Virus record (IMG/VR): IMGVR_UViG_3300046508_000033
Span: 1-35,479 of that record
Length of the DNA stretch: 35,479 nucleotides
Direction: 5' to 3' (one strand)
DNA from: a virus
Lineage: Duplodnaviria > Caudoviricetes
A program made the position numbers and the translations under genes. Under the pieces are notes generated by a model, which was not told the DNA's origin, searched no databases, and worked only from the letters and a program-made list of their open reading frames with translations. Shown here one piece after another: positions 18,120 to 27,663 of this stretch (the stretch's first letter is position 1; each line of letters begins with the position of its first letter).

Positions 18120-19403
18120 TCAGCCTTTGATTTCGGCATACCAGATCGTCTCGCACACCCGGAAGTTATCACCGAAGGCCTCCTTGACCGCCCGGACCAC
18201 GCCTGAGAACTGATTTTCTGAATAGTCGTGGCCAGCGATCAGCTTTTTAGTCTTGGGGAGCCACGCCGCGATATCGGCCTTGACCGCCTCATAAACATGA
18301 TCGCCGTCGATGAAGACCATATCTACCGAGGCATCCGGGAAGGCCCGGGCTGCCCGTTCCGAATAGGTTTCCATCACCGCCAAATTATCGAAGGCCCCGA
18401 CATTCTCAAAAAAGGACTGCCGCAGATTGGCCGCAGCCTCTTCCGATCCGATAAAGGCCGGGTCCCGTGGGTCGATGGAATAGACCAGGCCAGGACAGGC
18501 GCAGAGCAGGGCATGGGTACTGCGGCCAGCGAAGGAGCCCACCTCGACAACGGATCTAATTTGCTTGGCCGTCTCATAAAGCCAGCGCAGCTCGCCCACG
18601 GCCATCATGCCCATGGTATTGACGAAGCCGGGATAGGGCAGTGCCCCGAGGGGCAATGGCTCTTCGATGATCTGCTGGAATAGAGCATTGCTCTCGACCG
18701 CCTGGGCCTTCTTCAATTCCGGGTCCTGCTGGAGCACGGCCCCCGGGTGCATGTGCCAGGTCACCGCGTTCGGATTGAAATGGAAACGGTGCCCGATGGA
18801 GGCCAGGCGCCGGCCGAGTTCACTGTCCTCGTGCCCATAGCCCACGAATCGCTCGTCGAATCCGATACTGCCATCCTTGGCCGGGGTCCGGGCCGCCGAT
18901 ATCGACATGCAGACATTGCCGGTCTGGAAATGATGGAAATCGCCGTTCACTTTCCCCTGCATCCAAATGGTCATCAGCCCGGGTTCAATCGGAACCGGCA
19001 GGCCCAGGGCCAGGTAAGATTCGGAATCGGACTTATAGCCCACCTGAACTTCCTGGGGGTTGAACTCCCTCAGGTAGGACTCGATAAGTTGCGGGTGCGG
19101 CAGGCAATCATCGTCCAGCATGATCAGGACGTCGCCGGCCGCATTGCGGATACCCATATTCTTGGCCTGGGCCGCGGTGTTCTTATCCTTATTCCCGGTG
19201 TCGTACCATTTCAGGGAATAGCGGGGGTTCTTCTTGCGCGTGGCCAGCATCTTCTGGGTGCCGTCGGTCGAGCCATCGACGCAGACAATGACCTCGAAAG
19301 GCTCACGGTAAGTCTGCTCCAGGAGTAGGCCCAGATGCCGCTTCAAGGCGTCCTTGCGATTCCAGGTCAGGATCAGGTAGGTTAGGCGCATTGCTTTCCC
19401 CAA
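18120..19403 (-). CDS. GT2 glycosyltransferase fused to class I SAM methyltransferase (Methyltransf_24-like)
   Basis: VIVCVDGSTDGT, LDDDC and FDERFVGYGHEDSEL (GT-A fold), then VVEVGSFAGRS, DMVFIDGDHVYEAV and IAGHDY. Confidence 0.9.
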   Translation of the reverse strand: MGKAMRLTYLILTWNRKDALKRHLGLLLEQTYREPFEVIVCVDGSTDGTQKMLATRKKNPRYSLKWYDTGNKDKNTAAQAKNMGIRNAAGDVLIMLDDDCLPHPQLIESYLREFNPQEVQVGYKSDSESYLALGLPVPIEPGLMTIWMQGKVNGDFHHFQTGNVCMSISAARTPAKDGSIGFDERFVGYGHEDSELGRRLASIGHRFHFNPNAVTWHMHPGAVLQQDPELKKAQAVESNALFQQIIEEPLPLGALPYPGFVNTMGMMAVGELRWLYETAKQIRSVVEVGSFAGRSTHALLCACPGLVYSIDPRDPAFIGSEEAAANLRQSFFENVGAFDNLAVMETYSERAARAFPDASVDMVFIDGDHVYEAVKADIAAWLPKTKKLIAGHDYSENQFSGVVRAVKEAFGDNFRVCETIWYAEIKG

Positions 19404-21517
19404 TAAATCTCCGCATGGGTCCGAAACTCAAAATTAGGATTTTCTCTCAGGTTCATCTCGATCACCATCGCCTGAAGGCCGGTTTTCCAGAGCGAGTAAG
19501 CATAGGAAATTTGATCAGAACTGGTCCCGGCACAGATCTCTTGCCACCACATCTCCATGGCCGCCTTGACCGCCGGATCGTGGTGGCGCCGGAAGAGGAT
19601 GCCGCATTCGTACAACCCCGACTTGGCAGGCAACCCGGCTTTCTCACAGCGATGAATGGTCTTCTGGATCAGGTCCTGGTGATCCTTTTGCTCCTGGATG
19701 ACCAGTTGAGCCTCTTCATAGGGGCAATTTCGCCGCGGGTGCCGGTGCATGGCCAAGCCGTGGCCGTTCAAAGACTGCACCGCGGCCTTGGCGACCTGGG
19801 GACCGGGAGTAATATTGGCGTCAACCCAGATACTGATATCATGGTCCGGAAAATAGGTGTGTGGCAGGGCCTTGGGGTGCTTGGCGGTGCGCACGGCCTC
19901 CTGGTGGCTCCAGGTGAAGGGCCGGATTTCCCAGACCTTCGACTCAAGGGGTTGGTCAGTAAAGCAGACATAATCGACCCCAGGAATGGGCACCGGATCA
20001 ACCAAGGTGTCCCGACCGGCCCCGGCGATGGCGGTATAGATCACCGTGCGGTTTCGGGAGATGATGTTCAGGTAAATATCAGGGTCATCACACCATTCCC
20101 GGAATTTCTTCAAATCAGAATCGACCTGAAAGAGGCGGCGTTCATGGGCGCACCCCGCACCGGCCCGCCCCGGCAAACCTTTGATGGCACAATGCAGGCG
20201 CCGGTCGGCCCCGGGTAGCAGGAAGCCGCGGCCCTGATTGTGATTCCACCATAGGCGCAGATCCACGGAACAGTCAGGCAGTTTGCCGTCCCCCGGGATG
20301 GCCTCGAACACATCGGGGATCAAGGATTTGCGGAAGCCGGTCTGCGATAGGGAGGCGTGGTCCTCGCGGCCCATATCCTTCCAGCCTGGCACCCCGGGGT
20401 GATAGCATTTGGTCCCCCAGATACCCGCCAGTTCGTGAACGTCCAGGAGACCCGCCAGCGTCTCGATATACTCCGGCCCATACCAATCATCATCTTCCAT
20501 GACGATCACCTTGTCATGGGCCACCAGAGCCAGCGCCGCGGCCAAATTCTTTCCCAGGGTGCAGGGCGGATCGTCGGCTTGGGGCTCGCGCCGGATCACC
20601 GTGGCGCCGGGGAAGCGCGCCGCATCTACCGGCACCTGGCCATCATCCACGATCAACCATTGGTCGGGTTGCCGGATCTGCCGGGACACCCATCGCCGCA
20701 GCAGGGCCAGGGCCTCGGGGCGGTCGCCGGTCGGGGTGATCACGGTCACCTTATCCTCACGGGGTTCGGGAATCATGCCGAACTCAAAGCATTTGAGGCC
20801 GGAATCGGGATTGAGATTGATCACCCGGATACCTTTTCCCTTGAGAATGGGAGCCGCTTCCTCGAACTCTTCCCGGAAGTTGTTATAAATCTCATCCCGC
20901 TGCCGCACCGGATAGCCATCATGGAAATTTTTCTGCCACTGGCCGCTGGTCTGGAGGTCAAAGCCGATCAGGTAAATCGGATTGGCACCCAGACAAATTG
21001 CCAGGTTAAGAGCTGCAAAGCCTGAATGAGATCCTGAGAAAATCCCCTGAGCGATGGAGTTGCTGACTTCGCGGCCGAAGAGCCGGGGGACTTTCTCCAC
21101 CTCGTTGCCGAAATCATAACTGTGGCTCTCCACCCATACCTTGAGAGCTTGGGAATCCTTGAATCTTTGCGTCGGTCCGGAGCCCAGAGATCCATCGCAA
21201 AGCCATTTATAAAGCCTGCTGTCTATGCCGAAGATGATGGTCGGGTCGAAAAGTTCAAAGGCCCGGTTGATACCGATCACCAGTTCGCCCTGGAGCCGGG
21301 AGAAATCCCAATCGGCCAAGCTGGGACCGCCGCCCAGGATGAAGCAACGACGGCCCCGCCAAGCCCCATCTTTGAGACGCAGGGAAACTTCTTTGATCGG
21401 TTCCAGCTTGTGGCCTTGGCCAGCCAGAATCTCCGGAGAAGGCTCGAAAACCTCCCCCGGCTGGATCATCTGGCGGCCATCGTGGACCACATAGCCTTTG
21501 CGGACCCGGCAGATCAT
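19382..21517 (-). CDS. Multidomain glycosyltransferase: short N-terminal domain + DUF115/Maf-like + GT2-like + DUF616-like
   Basis: CFILGGGPSL...SGFAALNLAICLGANPIYLIGFD; VITPTGDR...LIVDDG...MEDDDWY; VIYTAI...YVCFTD...SIWVDAN...HPRRNCPYEE...DQIS. Confidence 0.82.
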   Translation of the reverse strand: MICRVRKGYVVHDGRQMIQPGEVFEPSPEILAGQGHKLEPIKEVSLRLKDGAWRGRRCFILGGGPSLADWDFSRLQGELVIGINRAFELFDPTIIFGIDSRLYKWLCDGSLGSGPTQRFKDSQALKVWVESHSYDFGNEVEKVPRLFGREVSNSIAQGIFSGSHSGFAALNLAICLGANPIYLIGFDLQTSGQWQKNFHDGYPVRQRDEIYNNFREEFEEAAPILKGKGIRVINLNPDSGLKCFEFGMIPEPREDKVTVITPTGDRPEALALLRRWVSRQIRQPDQWLIVDDGQVPVDAARFPGATVIRREPQADDPPCTLGKNLAAALALVAHDKVIVMEDDDWYGPEYIETLAGLLDVHELAGIWGTKCYHPGVPGWKDMGREDHASLSQTGFRKSLIPDVFEAIPGDGKLPDCSVDLRLWWNHNQGRGFLLPGADRRLHCAIKGLPGRAGAGCAHERRLFQVDSDLKKFREWCDDPDIYLNIISRNRTVIYTAIAGAGRDTLVDPVPIPGVDYVCFTDQPLESKVWEIRPFTWSHQEAVRTAKHPKALPHTYFPDHDISIWVDANITPGPQVAKAAVQSLNGHGLAMHRHPRRNCPYEEAQLVIQEQKDHQDLIQKTIHRCEKAGLPAKSGLYECGILFRRHHDPAVKAAMEMWWQEICAGTSSDQISYAYSLWKTGLQAMVIEMNLRENPNFEFRTHAEIYWGKQCA

Positions 21518-21519
21518 GG

Positions 21520-21939
21520 TTAGACCAAAAACTCCACGGCGTTGTCCTGGGTGATCGGCAGGTATTTAGCGCGAGAGAGGACCAGGACGGCCCCGAATAC
21601 GACGGCGCCGGTAGCCGGGGTGATGTCGAACTGAAGCCAGCGTTTGCGGTTTTGGAGATTAAGTTCGGCCACATAGACCTTGCTGGCTCCAGTGGCCGCC
21701 TGGGTGATTTGGGTGAAGACGCCAAGGGTGACTGCCGAAGGGGTTCCCTCTTCGGTGTCGCTTTCATTTACCACCACGTCCAGGGTGCTACTGCCCGCCA
21801 TGGCACCCACGGACACAATCAGCAGGGCGTTCCCGTAGCCCAGACAATCGAACTCCTCGGAGTGCTGCACCGTGGTCTGGGAAGAGGGGTCCAGGACCTG
21901 CTTCACCAGGAAACTTTTGCTCGGATTCATTTGGGGCAT
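21520..21939 (-). CDS. Putative capsid decoration/cement protein
   Basis: 139-aa beta-rich protein directly after the major capsid gene. RBS AAGGAG. Confidence 0.6.
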   Translation of the reverse strand: MPQMNPSKSFLVKQVLDPSSQTTVQHSEEFDCLGYGNALLIVSVGAMAGSSTLDVVVNESDTEEGTPSAVTLGVFTQITQAATGASKVYVAELNLQNRKRWLQFDITPATGAVVFGAVLVLSRAKYLPITQDNAVEFLV

Positions 21940-21994
21940 CGTCTTTCTCCTTCCTGTCGAGTAAAGGGCCAGGCCATCCCGGCCCCGTTAATGG

Positions 21995-23260
21995 TTAGTT
22001 GGCGGCGGCGATCCGCGCATCGGAGCACAGGGCGAAGGAGGCGGCGTGGCGCACTGCCACATCGACTTCCATGATGATCCGAATCCAGGTCTGGTCCGCG
22101 GCGAAGGCAGTGCCGGCCACATCGGAGGCCTGGATACGCAGACCGGCCCATTGACCGATCAAGAGTTCCTGCCAGTTGCCGAAGTAAATCTCGGTGCAGT
22201 TGGTGGAGGAACTTTTGACCAAGTTGGTCGGGATCTGCGTGGTGGTGGCGAAGGGATAGCCCATCGCCGCTTCCAGGGCCTGGTCGGTCATAAAACTGGA
22301 CTGAGTCAGGGCCGTGAGGAAGCCGATCAGGGGCTGCGTGCCGGTATCCCCGGAGAACTGCGGGATTTTGAGCTGCTTCAGGTTTTTCTTGAGGACCGGG
22401 TTGAAGGCGAATCCGAGCTTACCACGCAGGGCATTGGCCGCGGCGAGTTGGTACTCCAGTTCGGTGAACACGTCCAGATTGCTGACCACCGCGCCGGTAG
22501 CCCCGAAGGCATAGGTACCGATGCCGGGGGTGTTAGCGATACCCAGGGGCTGATTGCTGGAGCCGGGGCCGCGCAGGGCCGCATAATCGACCGCTAAGGC
22601 CATCTGAAGACCGATATCCTGATTGACCAGGGCCTCGGCTTCCGGAATGGACATGCGGATCAGGGAGTTGGAGAGCTGTACCAGGGCCATGGCCTTGTGC
22701 GGGGTCAAGGAAAGCTGCCCGAAGGTCAAGGAACTGGGATCAACAGCGACATTGTCTCCGATCCAGTAAACCGTGGCACCCCCGGTCTGTTTGGGGAAGG
22801 TCACTGGATTGCCCTGGAGGTTGGGGATAACCCGGGCACCGAGCTTGGTGCAGACGGGTTCGGAGCGCAGGTACTCCACCAGCTCCGGCACGGCCTGGGC
22901 CGGGACCAGATAACCGCCGGCAGTATCGTTGGTATAGCCGAGCGCCTTCTTGGAGGCCTCTTTCATTACCGACTCTTCATAGCCGGCCTGGGAGAAGTCC
23001 CGGGTCTGAATTGCATGGAGGGCCTTGAACATCGAAAACTTTTCTTTGCCCTCGCTCACGCCGGGCATGTCAGCCCACTTGCGGGACTGGACTTTGCTCT
23101 CGATTTCCTTGAAGCGAACTTCCATTTCCGCATACTTGACCTGGAGTTCCGGGAACATTTTGAAGGCCTCGAGGACGGTAATGGGCTTGTCGTCGCCCCC
23201 TTTCACCGTCTCGGCCAGTTTCGCCTGAATATCTGCCAGCATTTCCTTGATTTTGTCCAT
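21995..23260 (-). CDS. Major capsid protein, HK97 fold
   Basis: N-terminal coiled-coil delta domain, AGGYLVP, DYAALRGPG...PLGI, IYFGNWQ, and DVAVRHAASF. Confidence 0.95.
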   Translation of the reverse strand: MDKIKEMLADIQAKLAETVKGGDDKPITVLEAFKMFPELQVKYAEMEVRFKEIESKVQSRKWADMPGVSEGKEKFSMFKALHAIQTRDFSQAGYEESVMKEASKKALGYTNDTAGGYLVPAQAVPELVEYLRSEPVCTKLGARVIPNLQGNPVTFPKQTGGATVYWIGDNVAVDPSSLTFGQLSLTPHKAMALVQLSNSLIRMSIPEAEALVNQDIGLQMALAVDYAALRGPGSSNQPLGIANTPGIGTYAFGATGAVVSNLDVFTELEYQLAAANALRGKLGFAFNPVLKKNLKQLKIPQFSGDTGTQPLIGFLTALTQSSFMTDQALEAAMGYPFATTTQIPTNLVKSSSTNCTEIYFGNWQELLIGQWAGLRIQASDVAGTAFAADQTWIRIIMEVDVAVRHAASFALCSDARIAAAN

Positions 23261-23274
23261 TTAAGGGCTCCTCT

Positions 23275-24309
23275 TTATTTGCACACGGTTAGGTGCAAGT
23301 TGGCGGTTAAAGTACGCAATTCCTCAACCTCGGCCGCTTCCTTCTCGGCTATTGCATCGGCTGGTCTCGCCCCATGAGGCTCTGCGCCAGGGTCTAACGC
23401 CGTGCGGTAATAACTTGGCTTGGGTTCTGGTTCGTGGGCCGCGTTCTCTTCCGGTTTGGCCGCTGCGTCCATCACATCCTTGCAGTGCTGGTGGGCATCC
23501 ATCATGTGCCCCATGGCCTTAGTCAACTTGTCCTTATTCTTGGCGCTCAGGACCGCCCCGGCTTTGAGATTAAATTCGCCCAGGGTATCCGCTAAGGTCT
23601 GCTTGAGGCCGTCCATCAAGTGCTCCTGGATGGCCTTCTCGGCGTCTTCCGGGATCGGGTCAATGCCCAGGGCGATGAGGCGTTGGTTGATCGGGCCGTA
23701 TTCTTTTTCCGGGGGAACTTCGTCTACGGGGGCCTTTTCTTCGGAGGCCTCAAAAGCCTTCGCCTGGTCGGCCGTAATGATCCCCTTCTGGACGGCGTTC
23801 ATAACCGCTTCGGGGTTGGCCGGAACCGGGACCATCGAAAGTTCATAAAGCTCCTGCTTCAGATAGTGGGTGCCGGTGCGCGGCTGAAAACCGCTCTCGT
23901 CGACCTCTCCCCGGATAGGTTCGCTCTTGAGGCCCTGGAAGCCTACAGAGACGGCCTTCATCAAGCCGCTCTTGTAAAGGCGGTAAACCGTTTCCGGGGT
24001 GGGGTGATTGGCAGGCCAGCCGGCCGCATTGATCTCTTCATCGGTCGGGTAATGGACCCGGAACGTGAGGCCCTTGTCGCCCTTCTGGACATCGATAGCC
24101 TTGCCCACCGGCGGTTGACTGTAATTATGAGCGAACAGGATCACCGGGTTCTTTTTAAAGTTCTTCAGGTCCCAACCCTGGACATCCACCACGTCGCCAT
24201 AGCGATCAACCGCATCGGTGGATCCGATAAACTCCAGGGTGCGCTCTTCCGGCGCCCCCACTTCCTTGACCTCAAAGTCGAGAATCTTATGCTGAAGGCT
24301 TTTGGCCAT
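23275..24309 (-). CDS. HK97-family prohead protease with C-terminal extension
   Basis: DRYGDVV...GWDL...NPVILFAHN, AVSVGF, and ELYELSMVPVPANPEA. Start reassigned to ATG 24309 (AAGGAGG RBS). Confidence 0.93.
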   Translation of the reverse strand: MAKSLQHKILDFEVKEVGAPEERTLEFIGSTDAVDRYGDVVDVQGWDLKNFKKNPVILFAHNYSQPPVGKAIDVQKGDKGLTFRVHYPTDEEINAAGWPANHPTPETVYRLYKSGLMKAVSVGFQGLKSEPIRGEVDESGFQPRTGTHYLKQELYELSMVPVPANPEAVMNAVQKGIITADQAKAFEASEEKAPVDEVPPEKEYGPINQRLIALGIDPIPEDAEKAIQEHLMDGLKQTLADTLGEFNLKAGAVLSAKNKDKLTKAMGHMMDAHQHCKDVMDAAAKPEENAAHEPEPKPSYYRTALDPGAEPHGARPADAIAEKEAAEVEELRTLTANLHLTVCK

Positions 24310-24571
24310 GAGTTGCTTCCTCCTTTTCGTAAACCGGGGCCTGCCTGATGATCGGCCCAGAGGTTTCTTGTCCCCGGGGGGCAAACCGAAAGACGAATTG
24401 CTTGGTTTCAGGGTCAACCCCATATTTTTGCAGGCGATAATCCGCGGGGATTCCGCCCTCTTTTAACAAGATCGTATAGCCGTTCTTCGTGACGATGGCG
24501 GCCCCGACTCGAAAGAGCATTCCCAAAACATCGGGGGGCACCTGGATTTCGATTCTGGGGCGGTCGACCAT
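24287..24571 (-). CDS. Hypothetical protein
   Basis: 94 aa with a TAATG overlap to the portal stop. Overlaps the protease start. Confidence 0.6.
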   Translation of the reverse strand: MVDRPRIEIQVPPDVLGMLFRVGAAIVTKNGYTILLKEGGIPADYRLQKYGVDPETKQFVFRFAPRGQETSGPIIRQAPVYEKEEATHGQKPSA

Positions 24572-26682
24572 TAGTCTTTCTCCACCACGGGGGCCGCTAC
24601 GCAGCGGCAGTTAATCACCTCTTCCGGATCGCCCCCGGGGTCGCTGGGATAGGCCAGCCCATTGCTGAAGGTGTCGCCCCGGTCCACGATCTCGCCGTCC
24701 ATCACCGCATGAATTTCCCGGACTACATCGTCGCCAGCCGTGGTCCATTCCTGGCGCTCGATACCCAGCATGTCCATGGCGGCGTCGCGGGCGGGAGCTG
24801 CAGCCTGTCCGGTCTCAGTCCGGGCGATGGTCAATGAACGGGATTCGGAAAAGTTATATACTTCACGAACCCGGTCCTGTAGCTCGGCCACCGTCTCCAG
24901 GTCAGCCATGCCCTCGGCCAAAGTGTCCCGCAGGTTCTCCCGGGTGACCTCGTTAATGTCCACCACCTTGATCAGCTTATCTTTGAGAACGTCGATTGCT
25001 GGCGTGTCGGCAAGGATAAACTGCTCCGGGTTGGCGCCGAGTTCGGTGACCAGGATTTTCCCGGCCTCGTTCCCCACGTTGTTCCAGAACTGCCAGGAGA
25101 TTTTCTTGAGGCTGTCATTCCAGGCATTGCTATCGAAAAGCAATTTATCCGCCTCGTCACTGGAGGCGCGCACCTGGGCGATTGCCTTACCCCAATGCTG
25201 CTCAATCAGCCGCAGTTGCTCCTTGCGTTGCTCATAGAAATAGCGTTTCATGCGCGGCTGGAACTTGCGCTCCATGACCGACTGAAATTTGTGGTACTGT
25301 TGCCAGTAGGTGCGGCGGTCGAGTTTACGGCGGATGAGGATCTGGCCCTTCTTGGGTTTCTCTCCTTCGGCAGGCGCTGAGGCTGGTGCGGGGGCAGGAA
25401 CCGCCGGTGCAGGCGCTGGGGTCGGTTCGGGAGGATTGAGAATATTCTCTATGGGCGAAAGGTTGAACGGCAGATAGCCGGTCTCGCCGCCCTCGATAGC
25501 TTCAAACCCCAACCCCAGAGTCTCGTTGATGTTGTTGAATGGAACGCCCATGGCAAAGAGCTTCTGGGCCGATCCAAGGAGGGTGTCGAAATCTTCCCGC
25601 AGGGCGTCGATGGCGGTGCGGTCGAACTCCATATAGAAATCACCGCCGGGCAGGAAATAGAGGAACTTGTTGTAGAGAGCATCCTCAATCGTCTTCATCA
25701 CCGGGATCAAGGTCTTAGTCCAGAACACCCGGTCCATGGTCTGCGAGGTGGCCTTATTGATATTTTCATACAAGGAGAGTTCGGTTTTGGCGACCTTGAA
25801 GATGGCCATGATCTCTTCCCGGTTGTATTTCCGCATCTCCAGGAAGTCCATGTCCTTCTGGCTAATGCCGATCTGCTTGTATTCCAGACCGCCTTCCAGC
25901 AGAGCGATAAAGTGAGCCTTGTCCACGCCCTCATGCTTGCTCCGCCATTGGCTGCGGATGCGCCAGAACTCATCTTCGTCGAGCGGGTCCTTGGCCTGGA
26001 GCACTCCCCCCGGCGTGGCATCATTCTTGAAAAAATTGGCATTGTATTGGGCGGCGCTCACGTCCTGCAGGATACTCAACTGAGCCACGGCGAGGGGTGA
26101 CAGGCCCCGGTAATCGTCATAAGGGCTGAAGTCGCGGAAGAAGATAATCTCATGCGCATCAAAGGGTATCTTCTTGTCACCCACCTGATAAACCCAGCCG
26201 ATGATCAGACCGGATTGTTTGTCGGCAACGTGTTTAAACCGGCCCGGATTGAAGGTCCATAATTCCTTGGGAATATCCTGCTGAGTTTCGCGCTCGGCCA
26301 GGATGAAAACTTCTCCGCAGAGCTTGTAATAGGTAGTGATGGCCTGGATAAATTCGGAACAGGACATGGCAGGGTTGGGGCGATCAAATAGGCGGGTAAT
26401 GTCGGTGTTGGCCAGGAGTTTCTGGTCTTTGGGGGGGCCGATGAAAAAGCGCATGGGGATCGTCTTGATATTTTGGGCGATGGCGGCGATGCAGGCGTAG
26501 ACCCAGACGTGCTGTGCATAGGGTTGGGTTACGGAGTTTCCAGCCATGCCAGCCAAGAGACTCGGGGCGGTGAGGAACATCTGCGTGGCCATCGGATTGA
26601 CCACGACGCCGGAAGCATCCCGAAGGACAGGGAAGATAGAACGCAGACGATTGAATGCCCGAGACAGCAATCCACTTGCCAT
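24571..26682 (-). CDS. HK97-family portal protein fused to MuF/SPP1 gp7-like minor head domain
   Basis: VWVYACIAAIA, RPNPAM, RGLSPL, FFKNDATPGGVL, DMDFLEMRK (portal). Pro/Ala linker. IARTET...EWTTAGDDVVREIH...INCRC (MuF). Confidence 0.93.
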   Translation of the reverse strand: MASGLLSRAFNRLRSIFPVLRDASGVVVNPMATQMFLTAPSLLAGMAGNSVTQPYAQHVWVYACIAAIAQNIKTIPMRFFIGPPKDQKLLANTDITRLFDRPNPAMSCSEFIQAITTYYKLCGEVFILAERETQQDIPKELWTFNPGRFKHVADKQSGLIIGWVYQVGDKKIPFDAHEIIFFRDFSPYDDYRGLSPLAVAQLSILQDVSAAQYNANFFKNDATPGGVLQAKDPLDEDEFWRIRSQWRSKHEGVDKAHFIALLEGGLEYKQIGISQKDMDFLEMRKYNREEIMAIFKVAKTELSLYENINKATSQTMDRVFWTKTLIPVMKTIEDALYNKFLYFLPGGDFYMEFDRTAIDALREDFDTLLGSAQKLFAMGVPFNNINETLGLGFEAIEGGETGYLPFNLSPIENILNPPEPTPAPAPAVPAPAPASAPAEGEKPKKGQILIRRKLDRRTYWQQYHKFQSVMERKFQPRMKRYFYEQRKEQLRLIEQHWGKAIAQVRASSDEADKLLFDSNAWNDSLKKISWQFWNNVGNEAGKILVTELGANPEQFILADTPAIDVLKDKLIKVVDINEVTRENLRDTLAEGMADLETVAELQDRVREVYNFSESRSLTIARTETGQAAAPARDAAMDMLGIERQEWTTAGDDVVREIHAVMDGEIVDRGDTFSNGLAYPSDPGGDPEEVINCRCVAAPVVEKD

Positions 26683-26717
26683 AGGGACATTATTAGGGAG
26701 TATTGATTACTTGTCAA
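26683..26717 (-). promoter_or_regulatory. Sigma70-like promoter, predicted +1 at or near the portal ATG
   Basis: TTGACA (26717-26712), 17-nt spacer, AATAAT (26694-26689), 6 nt, then ATG. No Shine-Dalgarno sequence. Confidence 0.6.
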
Positions 26718-26773
26718 TTCCCACTACTATAGGTCAAATGTAGGGTCGGTAGTAATAATTACTGAAAAAGGAC

Positions 26774-26810
26774 AAAAAAAGAGCCCCCAGTCCGCGAGGA
26801 TCTGGGGGCT
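26774..26810 (-). terminator. Rho-independent terminator ending the early region
   Basis: AGCCCCCAG-a-TCC-tcgc-GGA-CTGGGGGCT followed by CTTTTTTT. Confidence 0.9.
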
Positions 26811-26830
26811 GAGTTATGATCATGGAATAC

Positions 26831-27022
26831 TTAGTTACATATCACAAACCTATGTGGATCACCGAATGCTTCTGCGCTGGGCCTCAATTCACCTTCGTGT
26901 ATCATCAATTCATCTTCGCTTAAGTGGTAGTCTCTCCCTACCCCGACATTAATGTAGACTGGCAAGTCGCCGTGTTCTTTGATGGCCTTTTTCAAGACCT
27001 TGATCAGTTCCGATGCTTTCAT
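26831..27022 (-). CDS. Hypothetical phage protein
   Basis: MKASELIKVLKKAIKEHGDLPV, a common small phage ORF type. RBS-like GGGGG and 4-nt overlap with the upstream gene. Confidence 0.7.
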   Translation of the reverse strand: MKASELIKVLKKAIKEHGDLPVYINVGVGRDYHLSEDELMIHEGELRPSAEAFGDPHRFVICN

Positions 27023-27243
27023 AATCGCAATCCCCCTTCATCCAGGGCCTGGATGCCGCGTCTGTAAAAATTGCTCCACCGGGTAGCCTTATCGGGGAAC
27101 GTAAAAACTCCAGTTGAATAATCAAATTCAAAATCCCAGACCGGATCGCCATCTTCCCAGACTCGGCAATGCCTTTTCTCTGTCATCGGATAGGGGTATC
27201 TTACCGAAAATCCTATCTTCGCGTGTACCATAATCCCCTCCAT
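27019..27243 (-). CDS. Hypothetical protein
   Basis: 74-aa ORF in operon orientation with a purine-rich RBS. Confidence 0.55.
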   Translation of the reverse strand: MEGIMVHAKIGFSVRYPYPMTEKRHCRVWEDGDPVWDFEFDYSTGVFTFPDKATRWSNFYRRGIQALDEGGLRL

Positions 27244-27328
27244 ACCACAATTCCCTTCCTCGGTAAAGACCGGAACCCCCGAAGGAGCCCCGGCCTGTGG
27301 ATTTTGGAAGATTAGTTTTTCGTGGGGG

Positions 27329-27601
27329 TTACTGCACGGCCTCCTTGAGCGCGCGTTGGGCCTGGAACTTCACCGCCTTCTTGGCCGGGATATTCACCGG
27401 GCTGCCGTCCCTGGGGTTCCGTCCGGTCCGCGCTGCCCGCTTCGAGATGGAGAACTTGCCGAAGCCGGCCAGGGTGACATCTTCGCCCCGGACCAGTGCT
27501 TCCTCGATACTCACCAGAAAGGTGTCCAGCAATTTCCACGTAAGGGACTTGCTTTCCTTCACTCCTTCGGCCACCTTCGCGGTCAATTCTGCTTTAGTCA
27601 T
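27329..27601 (-). CDS. hup: HU/IHF family DNA-binding protein
   Basis: MTKAEL...VTLAGFGKFSISKRAARTGRNPRDGSPVNIPAKKAVKF. Confidence 0.96.
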   Translation of the reverse strand: MTKAELTAKVAEGVKESKSLTWKLLDTFLVSIEEALVRGEDVTLAGFGKFSISKRAARTGRNPRDGSPVNIPAKKAVKFQAQRALKEAVQ

Positions 27602-27663
27602 AAATCCCTCCTATCTGAAATACCGCGACTCGCCGCCGCGGGTGGTGCGCGTTAGTTACTTAC

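Noticed and set aside
27329-27601. Self-target of array unit 1 in HU (EEALVRGE vs A-K/N-ALV-D/E-GG), and partial GATV matches to unit 2 in capsid and fibre genes
   Set aside because: Only about half the positions agree, which is expected by chance. I found no convincing in-window target by eye, but the search was not exhaustive.
27620-27655. GC-rich possible hairpin upstream of HU
   Set aside because: Pairing is imperfect on the transcribed strand and there is no T-tract, so there is not enough support.
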